Positions 50,215 to 61,321 are shown, numbered from the stretch's first letter. The stretch is DNA of 64,000 bases from Candidatus Altimarinota bacterium (GCA_041242255.1 JBESAV010000001.1:544001-608000); one strand, 5' to 3'. Notes: generated from the letters alone by a model not told the origin. Made by a program: numbers and translations.

Positions 50215-50733
50215 TCACTCATACATATCATTCCCAAATTTAGCATAAGCTAAACTCAAACTATGCCTAAAAGCATCCGATCTCGTAATCTTTCCATTTG
50301 TAAACAAACCCCAAGCACCTTCATTATTTCTTACATCTCGATCATGTAATTCATGAAGCAGTGGCCCAAGTTCTTTCCCAGCTTCTATTTCTTTACGAAT
50401 CTGCTGAGGCACTTCAACATGCCCACTACAACTTCTCGCAACGCTTCCATTTTTATCAACAATCACCACCCAACCACACAAAAACATTGTTCCACCTTTA
50501 ACTTCCACTCCACCTTCCATTCCAATCCCAAGCTCTGCACCTTCCACGGATTTTAGTGACCTCATAGCCCTATTCAGAGCACCTTCAAGACACTCAACAT
50601 CACTCATAGGCATATCACTAACTCCAGACTCAACAGAAACCCCTACGACTTCATATCTATCAAATTCCTGCGAAGCCCACTCTTCCACAGCTCTCTTCTT
50701 AGCTAAGTTCTTAGTCCCAAGTGCAATTTTCAT
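50215..50733 (-). CDS. yjjX: non-canonical purine NTP phosphatase (inosine/xanthosine triphosphatase, DUF84)
   Basis: GTKN.AK, VESGVSDMP, GALNRA, GMEGGV, ELG, GAWGLFT.G.ITR. Confidence 0.9.
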   Translation of the reverse strand: MKIALGTKNLAKKRAVEEWASQEFDRYEVVGVSVESGVSDMPMSDVECLEGALNRAMRSLKSVEGAELGIGMEGGVEVKGGTMFLCGWVVIVDKNGSVARSCSGHVEVPQQIRKEIEAGKELGPLLHELHDRDVRNNEGAWGLFTNGKITRSDAFRHSLSLAYAKFGNDMYE

Positions 50734-50815
50734 AATTTCTTTTTTAATTTACAACAAAATACCACTCCCCAAAAAAAGACCCAACTTCAAAAGCTGAGTC
50801 TCCTTCTCAATGAAC

Positions 50816-51886
50816 TTATAAAGAGTAAGGCGAAAAGTTAAGTTCAACCTTAAACCTCTTAGATGCCTCAATTTTTCTTTTTTCCATGAAGTTAGTTTCA
50901 TCCCTTGATACGCCTGGCCAGCTTAGATAAAACTTATATTCATTATTCTCAGTAATATAATTAAATGAAACGTTATATAGGGCTCCATTATAGACATCAA
51001 TATCAGCTACATATATAGTGAAAGATTCACCATTTTCAGCAACTATTTGGAAAGTATCAACAACTCCTTCCATGTCACTTTTAGGATTAATAACAGTTAT
51101 TTCACCCCATGACTCAGGAATAGTAAGATCAAAGCCGTAGTCTGTATTTTCATAGGTGTCACCACCTTGAACTTGAGATGAAATAAACACGTTAATTTCA
51201 TACATCATTTTAGCAACTTCTTTACGTGTCATACTCTCAGCAGGGAGAAACTGTATCTGTTTAGAAGCACTTAAGTCATTCGAAACTGTTTGAGTATGTG
51301 TAGTTCCAACAAGTCTATTTTCAAACAAAGTTTTAGCGTAATCCGAATACCACTCATACCCAACCATATCAACTATCGTTTTATCATCAAAGTAAAGTGG
51401 TGCAGACTGATTCTCAATCATGTCACTATACATAAGAGTCTCCACAGCCACCTTCATAGCTTCAACTCTATTAACACATTGATTAGGTCTAAATGTTCCA
51501 TCACTATATCCTTCAACTATTCCTTGCTGTTCAGCAATTCCAACATACTCAGCAAACCAATCCGTTCCATTCACATCAGAGAAAGGAGATTGGTAATTAG
51601 ATAGCAAATAAGTTGAATCTTCATCAAACCTATACTCAACCATCATTTTAATGAGCTGAGCTCTAGTTATACATTCTTCAGGCTTCCATTCAGTGGGGTT
51701 ATACCCTTGAGTAATCCCATTTGAAAGTGTCCAAACTATCGCATTTCTATAATCAACTCCGTCCAAATCAGTATATTGAAAATAAGGCAACGGAGAAAGT
51801 GCACTTGCTCCTAATTGCAAAAACAAACTTAGCATCAATGCTAAAGAAATTCTTTTAATCATACAAAACTTTAAATTTACGGACAT
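50816..51886 (-). CDS. S-layer homology (SLH) domain exported protein
   Basis: GITQGY...ITRAQ, FSDV..DWF...GIVEGYSDGTFRPNQCVNRVEA, MTRKEVA. Confidence 0.88.
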   Translation of the reverse strand: MSVNLKFCMIKRISLALMLSLFLQLGASALSPLPYFQYTDLDGVDYRNAIVWTLSNGITQGYNPTEWKPEECITRAQLIKMMVEYRFDEDSTYLLSNYQSPFSDVNGTDWFAEYVGIAEQQGIVEGYSDGTFRPNQCVNRVEAMKVAVETLMYSDMIENQSAPLYFDDKTIVDMVGYEWYSDYAKTLFENRLVGTTHTQTVSNDLSASKQIQFLPAESMTRKEVAKMMYEINVFISSQVQGGDTYENTDYGFDLTIPESWGEITVINPKSDMEGVVDTFQIVAENGESFTIYVADIDVYNGALYNVSFNYITENNEYKFYLSWPGVSRDETNFMEKRKIEASKRFKVELNFSPYSL

Positions 51887-51915
51887 TATAATATCCTAAT
51901 CTAAACTTTTGTAAA

Positions 51916-53061
51916 CTACCCCCACTTCGACCAAAAATCCTCCCTAAACTCCAAGAATCTATCCTCCATAATCGCCCTTCTCATCCTTTCAGTAAGATCA
52001 AACAAGAACCACAGATTATTCAAAGATAAAAGTCTCGCCCCAAGCATTTCATTCTCCTTCATCAGATGCCTAATATACCCTCGAGTAAATTTATCAATCC
52101 CAAGTACACTACATTTACTATTCAATGGAGTCTTATCATCCTGAAATTTTGCATTCATGATGTTATGTCGTCCATTCTCATCCCAAAAGCAACCATGCCT
52201 AGCCAAGCGAGTAGGAAGCACACAGTCAAACATATCTATTCCTCTATGCACATTCTCTACCAGATCCTCAGGAGACCCAACCCCCATCAAGTATCTAGGT
52301 TTATCCTCATCAATCTCTGGCACAACCACATCAACCATTCCATACATGTGCTCTTTCGACTCTCCAACACTCAAGCCACCAATAGCAACCATAAAAGTAT
52401 CCAGACTATTCATAAATCTAGCCGATTCTCTCCTAAGCTCAGGATAAACAACACCTTGCACAATCGGCACTAAAGTCTGCTTCAATACCTCTTCACCACC
52501 AAGTTCCTTAAAGTAATCCATCGCCTCCACAACCCATTTATGAGTCAGATTCATCGCTTTCCGAGCATACCTTTCTGTACTATCTCCAGGAGCACACTCA
52601 TCTAAAACCATCATAAAGTCCGACCCAAGATTCCTCTGAATATCAATTGTACTTTGCGGTGTGAATTTATGCTTAGATCCATCAATGTGAGAATAGAATT
52701 GAACCCCATCATCCATCAACTTCAATTTATTCATCCCTCCTTTTTTCGCATATTCCTTTAAAGAAAAAACCTGAAATCCACCAGAATCAGTCAAAATAGG
52801 CAAGTCCCATTGCATAAATTCATGCAAACCACCAAACTCTCGAACCAACTCCGACCCAGGCCTCAGATGCAAATGATAAGTGTTCCCAAGCAAAATCTGA
52901 CAACCAATATCTTTCAACTCTTTCGGATGCAAACCCTTCACTGTCGCTTTAGTCCCACAAGGCATAAAAACAGGAGTAGCTATTTCTCCACGAGGGGTGG
53001 AAACTACTCCTGCTCTTGCTTTCGAATCACTCGCTTGACCTTCTAATTTAAAATCAAACAA
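51916..53061 (-). CDS. tgt: tRNA-guanine transglycosylase
   Basis: TPVFMP, NTYHL, LTDSGGFQVFSL, GGLSVGE, PRYLMGVG, DMFDCVLPTR. Confidence 0.97.
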   Translation of the reverse strand: MFDFKLEGQASDSKARAGVVSTPRGEIATPVFMPCGTKATVKGLHPKELKDIGCQILLGNTYHLHLRPGSELVREFGGLHEFMQWDLPILTDSGGFQVFSLKEYAKKGGMNKLKLMDDGVQFYSHIDGSKHKFTPQSTIDIQRNLGSDFMMVLDECAPGDSTERYARKAMNLTHKWVVEAMDYFKELGGEEVLKQTLVPIVQGVVYPELRRESARFMNSLDTFMVAIGGLSVGESKEHMYGMVDVVVPEIDEDKPRYLMGVGSPEDLVENVHRGIDMFDCVLPTRLARHGCFWDENGRHNIMNAKFQDDKTPLNSKCSVLGIDKFTRGYIRHLMKENEMLGARLLSLNNLWFLFDLTERMRRAIMEDRFLEFREDFWSKWG

Positions 53062-53066
53062 ACCAA

Positions 53067-53336
53067 TTATTTAGAAGATTCTTCTTTCAGTGCTTTAGCT
53101 TTAGCCATTTTAGCTTGAAACTTCTCAACTCTACCAGCCGTATCGATAAGGTTTTGTTTACCAGTGTAGAAAGGATGACTATCGCTAGTTACATCAACTT
53201 TAATCACAAAGTACTCTTTACCATCAATTTCCATTTTCTCATCTGTTTTATGCGTAGAAGTAGACGTGAATTGTGCACCAGTTGATGCATCAACAAATAC
53301 AACATCGTAAACTTCTGGGTGAATTCCTGACTTCAT
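53067..53336 (-). CDS. rpmE2: 50S ribosomal protein L31 type B (Cys-free)
   Basis: [29 protein letters not shown]. Confidence 0.93.
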   Translation of the reverse strand: MKSGIHPEVYDVVFVDASTGAQFTSTSTHKTDEKMEIDGKEYFVIKVDVTSDSHPFYTGKQNLIDTAGRVEKFQAKMAKAKALKEESSK

Positions 53337-53410
53337 ATCAAGTATTATTAATTTACTAGTACAACATTTTTAGTACATTTCCCCTAAATATGCAAGTTTA
53401 AACCATAAGA

Positions 53411-53431
53411 AAAGCCCCCATCCGGGGGCTA
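53411..53431 (-). terminator. rho-independent terminator
   Basis: agccccc-atcc-gggggct with an adjacent A-run. Confidence 0.75.
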
Positions 53432-53449
53432 GGTTATTCTAACTCTAGT

Positions 53450-53689
53450 TTACTTACTGCTGTACCTCCTTTCCTTACGACGACGTTTCGTCTTTGCATT
53501 ACGTGCCTTCTTGGCTGCTGCTTCTTTCAAAGCAGATTTAGAAGGCTTCCTCAGCTTATTAACACGTGGGTTCCTCCCACGTGGATGGTACTTAACGTAG
53601 AAAAAATTCCGGTTCTTCACACATCCTCCCGAGAGCTCAATGATACCTCCCCATGAGATATCAAGATATCCACAGTTTCCTGCAAACAT
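53450..53689 (-). CDS. small highly basic protein (alternative GTG start at 53620)
   Basis: SD-like sites precede both starts; K/R-rich tail; promoter TTGACA-16-TATAAT at 53850-53877. Confidence 0.55.
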   Translation of the reverse strand: MFAGNCGYLDISWGGIIELSGGCVKNRNFFYVKYHPRGRNPRVNKLRKPSKSALKEAAAKKARNAKTKRRRKERRYSSK

Positions 53690-53888
53690 TTCAATACCTC
53701 ATAGGTTTAGTAAGTAATACTAATAAGCAGAATATCTGATTTTTAATCCATCGAATTACCTGACACTTCCAAGGAAGATCAGAAAATATACAAAAAAGAA
53801 TAAATACCAGACAGATACTTATTAGTGATTTCAAAGATCAACTGCAAGCATTATAATTGCACTCAGGCTCCTGTCAAACCTAACAAAA

Positions 53889-53914
53889 AACCACCTATTG
53901 AATCATAGGTGGTT
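53889..53914 (-). terminator. gyrA terminator
   Basis: aaccacctat...ataggtggtt with an A-run. Confidence 0.75.
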
Positions 53915-53936
53915 CATGGCTTTATATCTAAATTTA

Positions 53937-56498
53937 CTATTTAGCAGCTTTCTCTTTTTTCTCTTCCTCTTCAAACAAAGTCTCCATTTGCTTTTGAGTT
54001 TGTTCTTCCAGTTGTTCTTTATCAGGAAGCACTGACATTGAAGTTACTGCATCATCTTTATCTTTCATTCTCATCAAGTAAACACCCTTAGTCGACCTTC
54101 CTTGAGTAGGGATTTTCTCCGTACTCATTCTGATAGCCTGACCAAGTTTGGATAGAAGTAGTAAATCTGCTTTAGAACCTTCTTGTAAGATCATTGCCCC
54201 AACTATGTCACCAGTCTTTTTACTCAAGTTAGCAGTTTTTACTCCACTTCCACCTCTGTTTTGAGTTCTATAGTCACTCACCATAGACGATTTACCAAGT
54301 CCATTTTCCATAACAACAAACAGTTTTTCTCCTTCAACTCCCGATAGTACATCCATCTCTACTACTTTGTCGTCTTCTTTGATCCGGATACCTCTAACCC
54401 CTTGGGCAGTTCTACCCATTGGTCTTACATCATCTTGATCAAACCTGATGGATTTACCTTTTTTGGTAACAATCATAACTTCTTTACCTTCAGAAATTGG
54501 TTTAACCCATTTCAAATGATCTCCATCTTTCAGTTTGATTGCAATCAAACCAGATTTTCTTACATTTGAGAACTGTTCAAACTCAGTTTTCTTAACAGTT
54601 CCATGTTCAGTACACATCATCAAGAATGTATTTTCATAGTCATGATTTTTGTGAACTGTTAAAACTGAAGTAATGTATTCATCTCTTCCAAGCTCCAAAA
54701 GATTTACGATATTTGTACCTTTAGCAGTTCTTGATGCTTGAGGGATCTCAAACAATCTCAAAGAGAATACTTTCCCAAAGTTAGTAAAGAACAATACATG
54801 ATCATGATTATGTGCAAACTCAACCAGTTTCACCTGATCATCATCCTTCATAGAGAGTCCTGCCACACCTTTTCCACCTCTATTTTGGGCTTTGAAAGTG
54901 TTAAGTGGCATTCTTTTTATGTAGTTGTTCTCAGTCAAAGTAACAATCATTGGTTCATTTGGGACAGTATCAATTGCTTTGATCTTCCCAATTCCAGTAG
55001 GTACAACTTTAGTACGTCTTTCATCAGCATATTTTTCCAAAATCTCTTCAGTTTCTTCCTTGATTATAGTCATGATTCTTTCAGGTTTTGCCAAGATATC
55101 TTTCAAGTCAGCAATTGTAGCCATCAATTCAGCTAGTTCATCTTCAATTTTCTTTCTTTCAAGACCAGCAAGAGTTTGCAGCCTCATATCCAAGATAGCT
55201 TTGGCCTGAAGCTCAGAGAGCTTAAATTTCTCCATCAAAGCATCTTTGGCAATTTCTTTGGTTTCAGAAGCTCTAATCGTAGCAATCACCTCATCGATAT
55301 TATCTAGAGCTATCTTCAACCCTTCCAAGATATGCGCTCTAGCTTCGGCTTTGTTAAGCTCGTATCTAGTTCTTCTTTCCACAACCTCTTTTCTATGTTC
55401 AATGAAATAGTTAAGAACCTGCTTCAGGTTAAGAAGTCTAGGTTGAATCCCATCTACCAAGGCAATCATGTTCATGTTGAACCTAGTTTGCAATGGCGTC
55501 ATTTTAAATAAACTATTCAAAACTTTCTTCGGATAAGCATCTCTTTTCAACTCAATCACAACTCTTATCCCTTCACGATTGGATTCATCCCTAAGATCTG
55601 TAATATCAGTCACTTTCTTATCTCTAACCAACTGTGCAATCTTCTGCACCAAGCTAGCTTTATTCACTTGGTATGGAATCTCAGTCACAATTATCGCTGA
55701 TTTACCATGCCCAATTTCTTGAATCTCAGTTTTAGCTCTAACAGTGATCCCACCACGTCCAGTGGCATACATTTTCTTAATAGCTTCATTATCATAAATG
55801 ATCCCACCAGTAGGGAAGTCAGGTCCAGTCAAAAACTGCATTAAGTCATCAATAGATGCTTCTGGGTTCTCCATTAGATGAAGCATAGACTTACAAACCT
55901 CCCCAATATTATGAGGCGGAATAGACGTAGCCATAGCTACAGCAATCCCCATCACTCCATTCAATAGAAGCTGTGGTAAACGAGTTGGTAGAACTGTTGG
56001 TTCTTTTTGTTTACCATCGTAGTTTGGCTTAAAGTCAACAGTATCCTTATCAATATCAGAAAGCATAAGCTCGGCAATCGACTCCATTTTAGCTTCCGTA
56101 TAACGCATCGCAGCGGCATTATCTCCATCAATAGACCCAAAGTTACCTTGCCCATTTACGAGCATGTATCTCATAGAGAAATCCTGAGCCATACGAACCA
56201 TCGAGTCATACACAGCACTATCACCATGCGGATGGTACTTACCAAGTACTTCCCCGACCACGGTCGCAGACTTAGAAAAACTCGCAGAAGAAGTAAGACC
56301 AATATCCTTCATTGCATAAAGAATACGCCTATGAACCGGCTTAAGACCATCTCTTACATCAGGAAGTGCACGCGAAACGATCACACTCATGGCGTAATCC
56401 AAATACTTATCTTCCATTTGGTCAGAAATATTCTTAATTATGTCCCGAGTACGCTCTTCTGAATCAAAAAGATTCTCTTTATTGTTTTCGTCAGACAT
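53937..56498 (-). CDS. gyrA: DNA gyrase subunit A
   Basis: [33 protein letters not shown], GyrA-box QNRGGKG. Confidence 0.98.
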   Translation of the reverse strand: MSDENNKENLFDSEERTRDIIKNISDQMEDKYLDYAMSVIVSRALPDVRDGLKPVHRRILYAMKDIGLTSSASFSKSATVVGEVLGKYHPHGDSAVYDSMVRMAQDFSMRYMLVNGQGNFGSIDGDNAAAMRYTEAKMESIAELMLSDIDKDTVDFKPNYDGKQKEPTVLPTRLPQLLLNGVMGIAVAMATSIPPHNIGEVCKSMLHLMENPEASIDDLMQFLTGPDFPTGGIIYDNEAIKKMYATGRGGITVRAKTEIQEIGHGKSAIIVTEIPYQVNKASLVQKIAQLVRDKKVTDITDLRDESNREGIRVVIELKRDAYPKKVLNSLFKMTPLQTRFNMNMIALVDGIQPRLLNLKQVLNYFIEHRKEVVERRTRYELNKAEARAHILEGLKIALDNIDEVIATIRASETKEIAKDALMEKFKLSELQAKAILDMRLQTLAGLERKKIEDELAELMATIADLKDILAKPERIMTIIKEETEEILEKYADERRTKVVPTGIGKIKAIDTVPNEPMIVTLTENNYIKRMPLNTFKAQNRGGKGVAGLSMKDDDQVKLVEFAHNHDHVLFFTNFGKVFSLRLFEIPQASRTAKGTNIVNLLELGRDEYITSVLTVHKNHDYENTFLMMCTEHGTVKKTEFEQFSNVRKSGLIAIKLKDGDHLKWVKPISEGKEVMIVTKKGKSIRFDQDDVRPMGRTAQGVRGIRIKEDDKVVEMDVLSGVEGEKLFVVMENGLGKSSMVSDYRTQNRGGSGVKTANLSKKTGDIVGAMILQEGSKADLLLLSKLGQAIRMSTEKIPTQGRSTKGVYLMRMKDKDDAVTSMSVLPDKEQLEEQTQKQMETLFEEEEKKEKAAK

Positions 56499-56607
56499 TC
56501 AAAAAGATTAATTATTGTCGCAGACAATTTTACCAGTCCCACATCCAATTTCCAAAAAAAAGCTCCCAACCACACCGGAAGCCTTTTACAAAGACAAGAA
56601 TTATAAC

Positions 56608-57213
56608 CTAATCATTACTCCAAAGTCTCCTAACAGAAACAATTAAATTATGGTCAATCATATCACTAATTCTTCCACCATTTAAATAAGGTGATCTTCT
56701 AAGGTACAACTCAAACAAGTTTGGATCATCAAAATTCTCCAGCAAAAATTCAGTTTTTTGAAAGAATCTACCATAAGCCCTGGTTTTAGTATCGATTTCT
56801 CCTATATATTCATCAACAACTTCATCTGCTTCTGCAATCACCATGTTGTAAATACTCATGTCATTACATAACCCCAGCTCATATCCCCAAAAATTCCTCA
56901 TATTTTCTCTATATAAATCATTACTCTTTACTCTACTAACACAAGCTTTTCTAAGTTTATTAATTATATGGTTTTCGCTTATTCCATTCGACCAAAACTC
57001 AGCAGACAAAGTGAACTCAGGGTCTTCTACCAGGTAGTAAAAATCAAAACAAAGAATTGCATCCATAAGATCCCTTTTAACTTCATCTTTAATATCCCAT
57101 ATCTTTCTTGCAGATTTAATATTTGCAGAAAAACTCAAAATATTTTCACGATGAGATCTAAGATCTTTACTTCTTTCTTCTTTAATTCTTTCAAATCTTT
57201 TTAACCTATTCAT
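56608..57213 (-). CDS. hypothetical protein
   Basis: ORF 56608-57237; start moved to MNRLK because a TTGACA-16-GATAAT promoter covers 57236-57263. Confidence 0.6.
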   Translation of the reverse strand: MNRLKRFERIKEERSKDLRSHRENILSFSANIKSARKIWDIKDEVKRDLMDAILCFDFYYLVEDPEFTLSAEFWSNGISENHIINKLRKACVSRVKSNDLYRENMRNFWGYELGLCNDMSIYNMVIAEADEVVDEYIGEIDTKTRAYGRFFQKTEFLLENFDDPNLFELYLRRSPYLNGGRISDMIDHNLIVSVRRLWSND

Positions 57214-57351
57214 CTTATTTATTAAACAAGATATCATTATCAGGTTTTAACTCCATATGTCAAGCTCTGTAAGTCTACAAGAAAACATCGACCACTAACT
57301 TCCAAAAATGTATTATTTCTGATATAATAATAAGAATAAATAAAGTCACAC

Positions 57352-59490
57352 ATGGAAGAGAAAAAAAACGAGCAACAATTCCAAGAATTCGTATCCGACA
57401 ATTTCCCAGACAAAAAACCAAATTCTGACTCCAAAAATGAATCCTTAGCTGCAAATCAGATTCAAAATTCCTCACTTAAAAAGCAATCAGAAGAAATAAA
57501 CAGAAACCTACAAGAAAAGAAAACAGTTGTAGATTTAAAAGTTGAAAATAAAAAGAGCCAAGCCCCAAAAACCAAAAAGTCTTTAGTAGACATAGTCCTC
57601 GGGCCACTTAGAGACAAGTACGCAAAAAAACACGGTAAAGTGCCAGCTTCTAAGGAAACGGAACCTACTCAAGATACTCCGAAAACGCCAGAGAATGCTG
57701 ACAAAAAGTATGATGAAATTCCATTGAAGCTATCCGATAAAGAAAAAGCTGAATTACGTGAAGCAGAAAAAATTTATCAACAGGGGATTACAAGTCTAAG
57801 AGATTTGATCGCACCTTCTAGCATGAAAGTTGAAGTTAACGATTTAAACATCTCAGGGAAATTCTCTAGAAGTTTTTATGTTTTTTCATATCCACGATTC
57901 ATCGATACAAACTGGTTATCACCAATTATCAATTTCGATGCCAGCATGGATATTTCACAATTTATATATCCAACTGACTCAGCACGGATCCTTAAAGTTT
58001 TAAGAACAAAAGTTGCTCAGATGCAATCAAGTATACGTATTAACGCCGAAAAAGGGTTAGTTTCAGATCCTAAACTAGAAACACAGCTAGCTGATGCTGA
58101 AAGACTTAGGCGCGATATCCAAAAAGGGATCGAAAAGTTTTTCCAATTTGGTTTATATGTAACTGTTTACGCTAACGATAAAGAGAAACTTGATAAGCTA
58201 GTTAAGCAAATGGAAAGTCTACTTGGAGGAAAACTAGTTCTATCTAAAAGAGCCAGTCTCAGAATGGAACAAGCTTTCAACTCAACTCTTCCTTTAGCCC
58301 TCGACGAACTCGAAGTAGCAACCAACATGAACACATCACCATTGAGTTCAACTTTCCCATTTACTTCGTCATCTCTTACAACCAACGAGGGGATTCTCTA
58401 CGGACTAAACCGACACAACGATTCACTTATAATATTTGATAGGTTTTCATTAGAAAATGCCAATTCAGTAGTATTCGCCAAGTCTGGTTCTGGTAAGTCA
58501 TATGCAGTAAAGTTAGAGATTCTTAGATACCTAATGCTCGGAACTGACGTAATAGTTATCGACCCAGAAAACGAATACGAAGCTCTATCACAAACAGTAG
58601 GAGGTAGTTACATGAAAGTATCTCTAAACTCAGATAGACGTATCAACCCGTTTGACCTTCCTAAACCACTCAAGGATGAAGTTCTTAAGCCTGGAGATCT
58701 GCTTAGATCAAGTATCATCAACCTTCACGGTCTTATGAAGCTTATGCTTGGAAGCATGACTCCACTAGAGGAGGGGATTATAGATAAAGCCCTCAACGAC
58801 ACTTACGCCCTAAAAGGAATCACTATGGACCTTGTAGATCCATCAGATAAAGAGATGCCTACCATGGAAGATTTCCAGAGAGTACTTGAAGGAATGCAAG
58901 GAGCCGACAGCCTTGTCCAAAGAGTTAAAAAATATACTGAAGGAACCTTCTCAGGAATCTTCAATAAACCAACGAACATCGATTTAGATTCTGGTTTAGT
59001 AGTCTTCTCGATTAGAGATCTAGAAGATGCGTTAAGACCAATCGCCATGCACATAATCCTTAACTACATTTGGAATAAAGTTCGAAGCGAACTTAAGCAA
59101 AGAATGCTTGTTGTAGATGAGGCTTGGACAATGATGCAACATGAAGACAGTGCCAAGTTTATGTTTGGACTAGTAAAAAGAGCCAGAAAATATTACCTAG
59201 GAGTCACAACTATTACCCAAGATGTAGAAGACTTCTTAAAGTCAAACTATGGTAAACCAATTATTACCAATTCATCTATGCAACTTCTACTCAAGCAGGC
59301 ACCAACCGCTGCAGAAGTTCTAACAGATGTATTCAATCTAACTGAAGGAGAAAAATACCTACTACTTAATTCAGCAGTAGGTCAGGGATTATTCTTTGCA
59401 GGTAATAAGCACGTAGCCATCCAAGTTATAGCTTCCTACAACGAGGACAAGATCATTACCACAAATCCTAAAGATCTTATCAAGAATTAA
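57352..59490 (+). CDS. VirB4/TraC-like (HerA-FtsK superfamily) ATPase
   Basis: ENANSVVFAKSGSGKS, VIDPENEY, INPFD, VVDEAW, RARKY, ITQDVEDF. Confidence 0.9.
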   Translation: MEEKKNEQQFQEFVSDNFPDKKPNSDSKNESLAANQIQNSSLKKQSEEINRNLQEKKTVVDLKVENKKSQAPKTKKSLVDIVLGPLRDKYAKKHGKVPASKETEPTQDTPKTPENADKKYDEIPLKLSDKEKAELREAEKIYQQGITSLRDLIAPSSMKVEVNDLNISGKFSRSFYVFSYPRFIDTNWLSPIINFDASMDISQFIYPTDSARILKVLRTKVAQMQSSIRINAEKGLVSDPKLETQLADAERLRRDIQKGIEKFFQFGLYVTVYANDKEKLDKLVKQMESLLGGKLVLSKRASLRMEQAFNSTLPLALDELEVATNMNTSPLSSTFPFTSSSLTTNEGILYGLNRHNDSLIIFDRFSLENANSVVFAKSGSGKSYAVKLEILRYLMLGTDVIVIDPENEYEALSQTVGGSYMKVSLNSDRRINPFDLPKPLKDEVLKPGDLLRSSIINLHGLMKLMLGSMTPLEEGIIDKALNDTYALKGITMDLVDPSDKEMPTMEDFQRVLEGMQGADSLVQRVKKYTEGTFSGIFNKPTNIDLDSGLVVFSIRDLEDALRPIAMHIILNYIWNKVRSELKQRMLVVDEAWTMMQHEDSAKFMFGLVKRARKYYLGVTTITQDVEDFLKSNYGKPIITNSSMQLLLKQAPTAAEVLTDVFNLTEGEKYLLLNSAVGQGLFFAGNKHVAIQVIASYNEDKIITTNPKDLIKN

Positions 59491-61241
59491 TTTCTTACCT
59501 CAAATATAGCTTTATTTAACTGAGCATCATTCCCAGATGCAATATCTTCATCAGTGATCTCAACCTCAAAATCAGGTCTTATCCCAACTTTATCGATTGT
59601 TCTGAATCCTAAATCAGAAGGAACCATCCATTCTGCAACTGTAATTTTTAGAGATGACTTATCAGTATAATTCACTAATTCTTGTACAGTACCTTTCCCA
59701 AAACTCTTTTTTCCAACCACAACAGCATCTAAATGATAATCCAAAGTCCCAGTCAAAATCTCTGAAGCTGATGCACTTCCTTCATTTATAAGTATTCCCA
59801 TTGGAATCCCACTAACTTTAGCAGAGGAGTCAGTTCTCAAAGTCTGAGAAGATCTATTATTGTAGTTTACTTGAACTACATCAGCACTTGGTCCAACAAA
59901 CAAATCAGCCACATCAACAGCCTCATTCACGAAGCCACCTGGATTATTTCTAAGGTCTAAAATTATTCCATTCAGATCTTCAGTATCGATACTATCAAGC
60001 ACAGACTCAATGCTATTTGCTAAACCAGACCCAAAAGTATTAATTTTCAAAATCAATATGTTATCAAGCGTCTGTTCAGCCGTAACAAATTCAACTTTCA
60101 CCATTGCTCTTACAATATTAAAGTTCAATTCACGACCGTCTCTTAAAACAGTAATCTGAACAGAGGTTCCAGCCTCACCCTTAATCAAGCTGATAGCCTC
60201 ATCTAAATTCATACCTTCAAGACTTTGACCATCTACTCTCGTAATGATATCTCCAGACTTGATCCCAGCTTTTTCCGCAGGAGAATTTAAAATAGGGGAT
60301 ACAACAATCACTTGACCATTTTCAAAATGCAATGATGCCCCAATACCTTCATAACTATCACTCAGTGTATTCTCTAGAGCTCTAGCCTCAGTCGGTATTT
60401 GAAAAGTAGTGTATGGATCATCCAAAGCTTCAACTAGACCATCAATTGCACCATATAAAAGTTGATCTTTTTTCACATCATCCGCGTACAAAAAGTCACT
60501 ATTAGCTCTCAACCATACATCTTCAAGTATCTTGAATTGCTCTACTCTAGCTAAGCTTGAGTTAACATTTGAACCTTGCTCCACATTTATAACTACCTCC
60601 TTGTCTGCTCCAACAGCAGCATCTACTATCGCAAACCTATATACAAGTTTAGCAAAATCCCTTCTAGTAAAGAAACCAAAGGTGTCATATCTTCTATTCT
60701 CAGCCTCAATTATACCAAGCTTAAGCCCACGATCTACAAACGGAGCATAAACAGATTTATAGTAAATATTATCTATTTGAGACTCCAGATAAGAGCTATC
60801 AGTTAGAACTTTCTGAACTGGTACACCCTTGTATCTAAAGAAATATCTCAATGCATTCCAATTTTTAAGTTTAACTTCTTGATTCGACAAGATGTCACCA
60901 ACTTGATAATCAAACACACCTAAATCATACATCCGCTCAAAGTAAGGTTCATATTCAGGCCCAAGATCTTGCAGGTCTAGTTCTATTGAATTTGGCGTAT
61001 TGATATCATATCCATCTGCTCTCAAAAGCATTTCAAAGAGCTCACCCTTAGTCATAACTTTATCAGGCATAAACTCATCATTTCCAAAAAGCCCTAAACT
61101 CTCAACGTAGCTAATGGCTTCAAAATCCTTATCTAGATTATTTATATCACTATAAGCAGCTGCTGAAAGGCCCCCGATTGAAGATAAATACACTCCTACC
61201 ATTGCTGAAACTAATAATTTTCTTTTAAACATTCTTACCAA
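59487..61241 (-). CDS. S41 carboxyl-terminal processing protease with SLH-like N-terminus and PDZ
   Basis: LDDPYT, YEGIGA, DLRNNPGG, SASASEI, SFGKGTVQ. Confidence 0.93.
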   Translation of the reverse strand: MVRMFKRKLLVSAMVGVYLSSIGGLSAAAYSDINNLDKDFEAISYVESLGLFGNDEFMPDKVMTKGELFEMLLRADGYDINTPNSIELDLQDLGPEYEPYFERMYDLGVFDYQVGDILSNQEVKLKNWNALRYFFRYKGVPVQKVLTDSSYLESQIDNIYYKSVYAPFVDRGLKLGIIEAENRRYDTFGFFTRRDFAKLVYRFAIVDAAVGADKEVVINVEQGSNVNSSLARVEQFKILEDVWLRANSDFLYADDVKKDQLLYGAIDGLVEALDDPYTTFQIPTEARALENTLSDSYEGIGASLHFENGQVIVVSPILNSPAEKAGIKSGDIITRVDGQSLEGMNLDEAISLIKGEAGTSVQITVLRDGRELNFNIVRAMVKVEFVTAEQTLDNILILKINTFGSGLANSIESVLDSIDTEDLNGIILDLRNNPGGFVNEAVDVADLFVGPSADVVQVNYNNRSSQTLRTDSSAKVSGIPMGILINEGSASASEILTGTLDYHLDAVVVGKKSFGKGTVQELVNYTDKSSLKITVAEWMVPSDLGFRTIDKVGIRPDFEVEITDEDIASGNDAQLNKAIFEVRN

Positions 61242-61321
61242 TTAAATCATGCCAATTATATAGCCAACTAATTGTAAAACCTAATCAATTATTGTATAAT
61301 GATAAGATTTAATATTATGCT

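Noticed and set aside
52066-56462. Antisense and alternate-frame ORFs inside tgt and gyrA (and similar shadows elsewhere)
   Set aside because: Fully overlap conserved genes and show no recognisable motifs.
57352-59490. Conjugative element around the VirB4-like ATPase
   Set aside because: No relaxase, coupling protein or other T4SS genes are adjacent, and the flanks are core genes.
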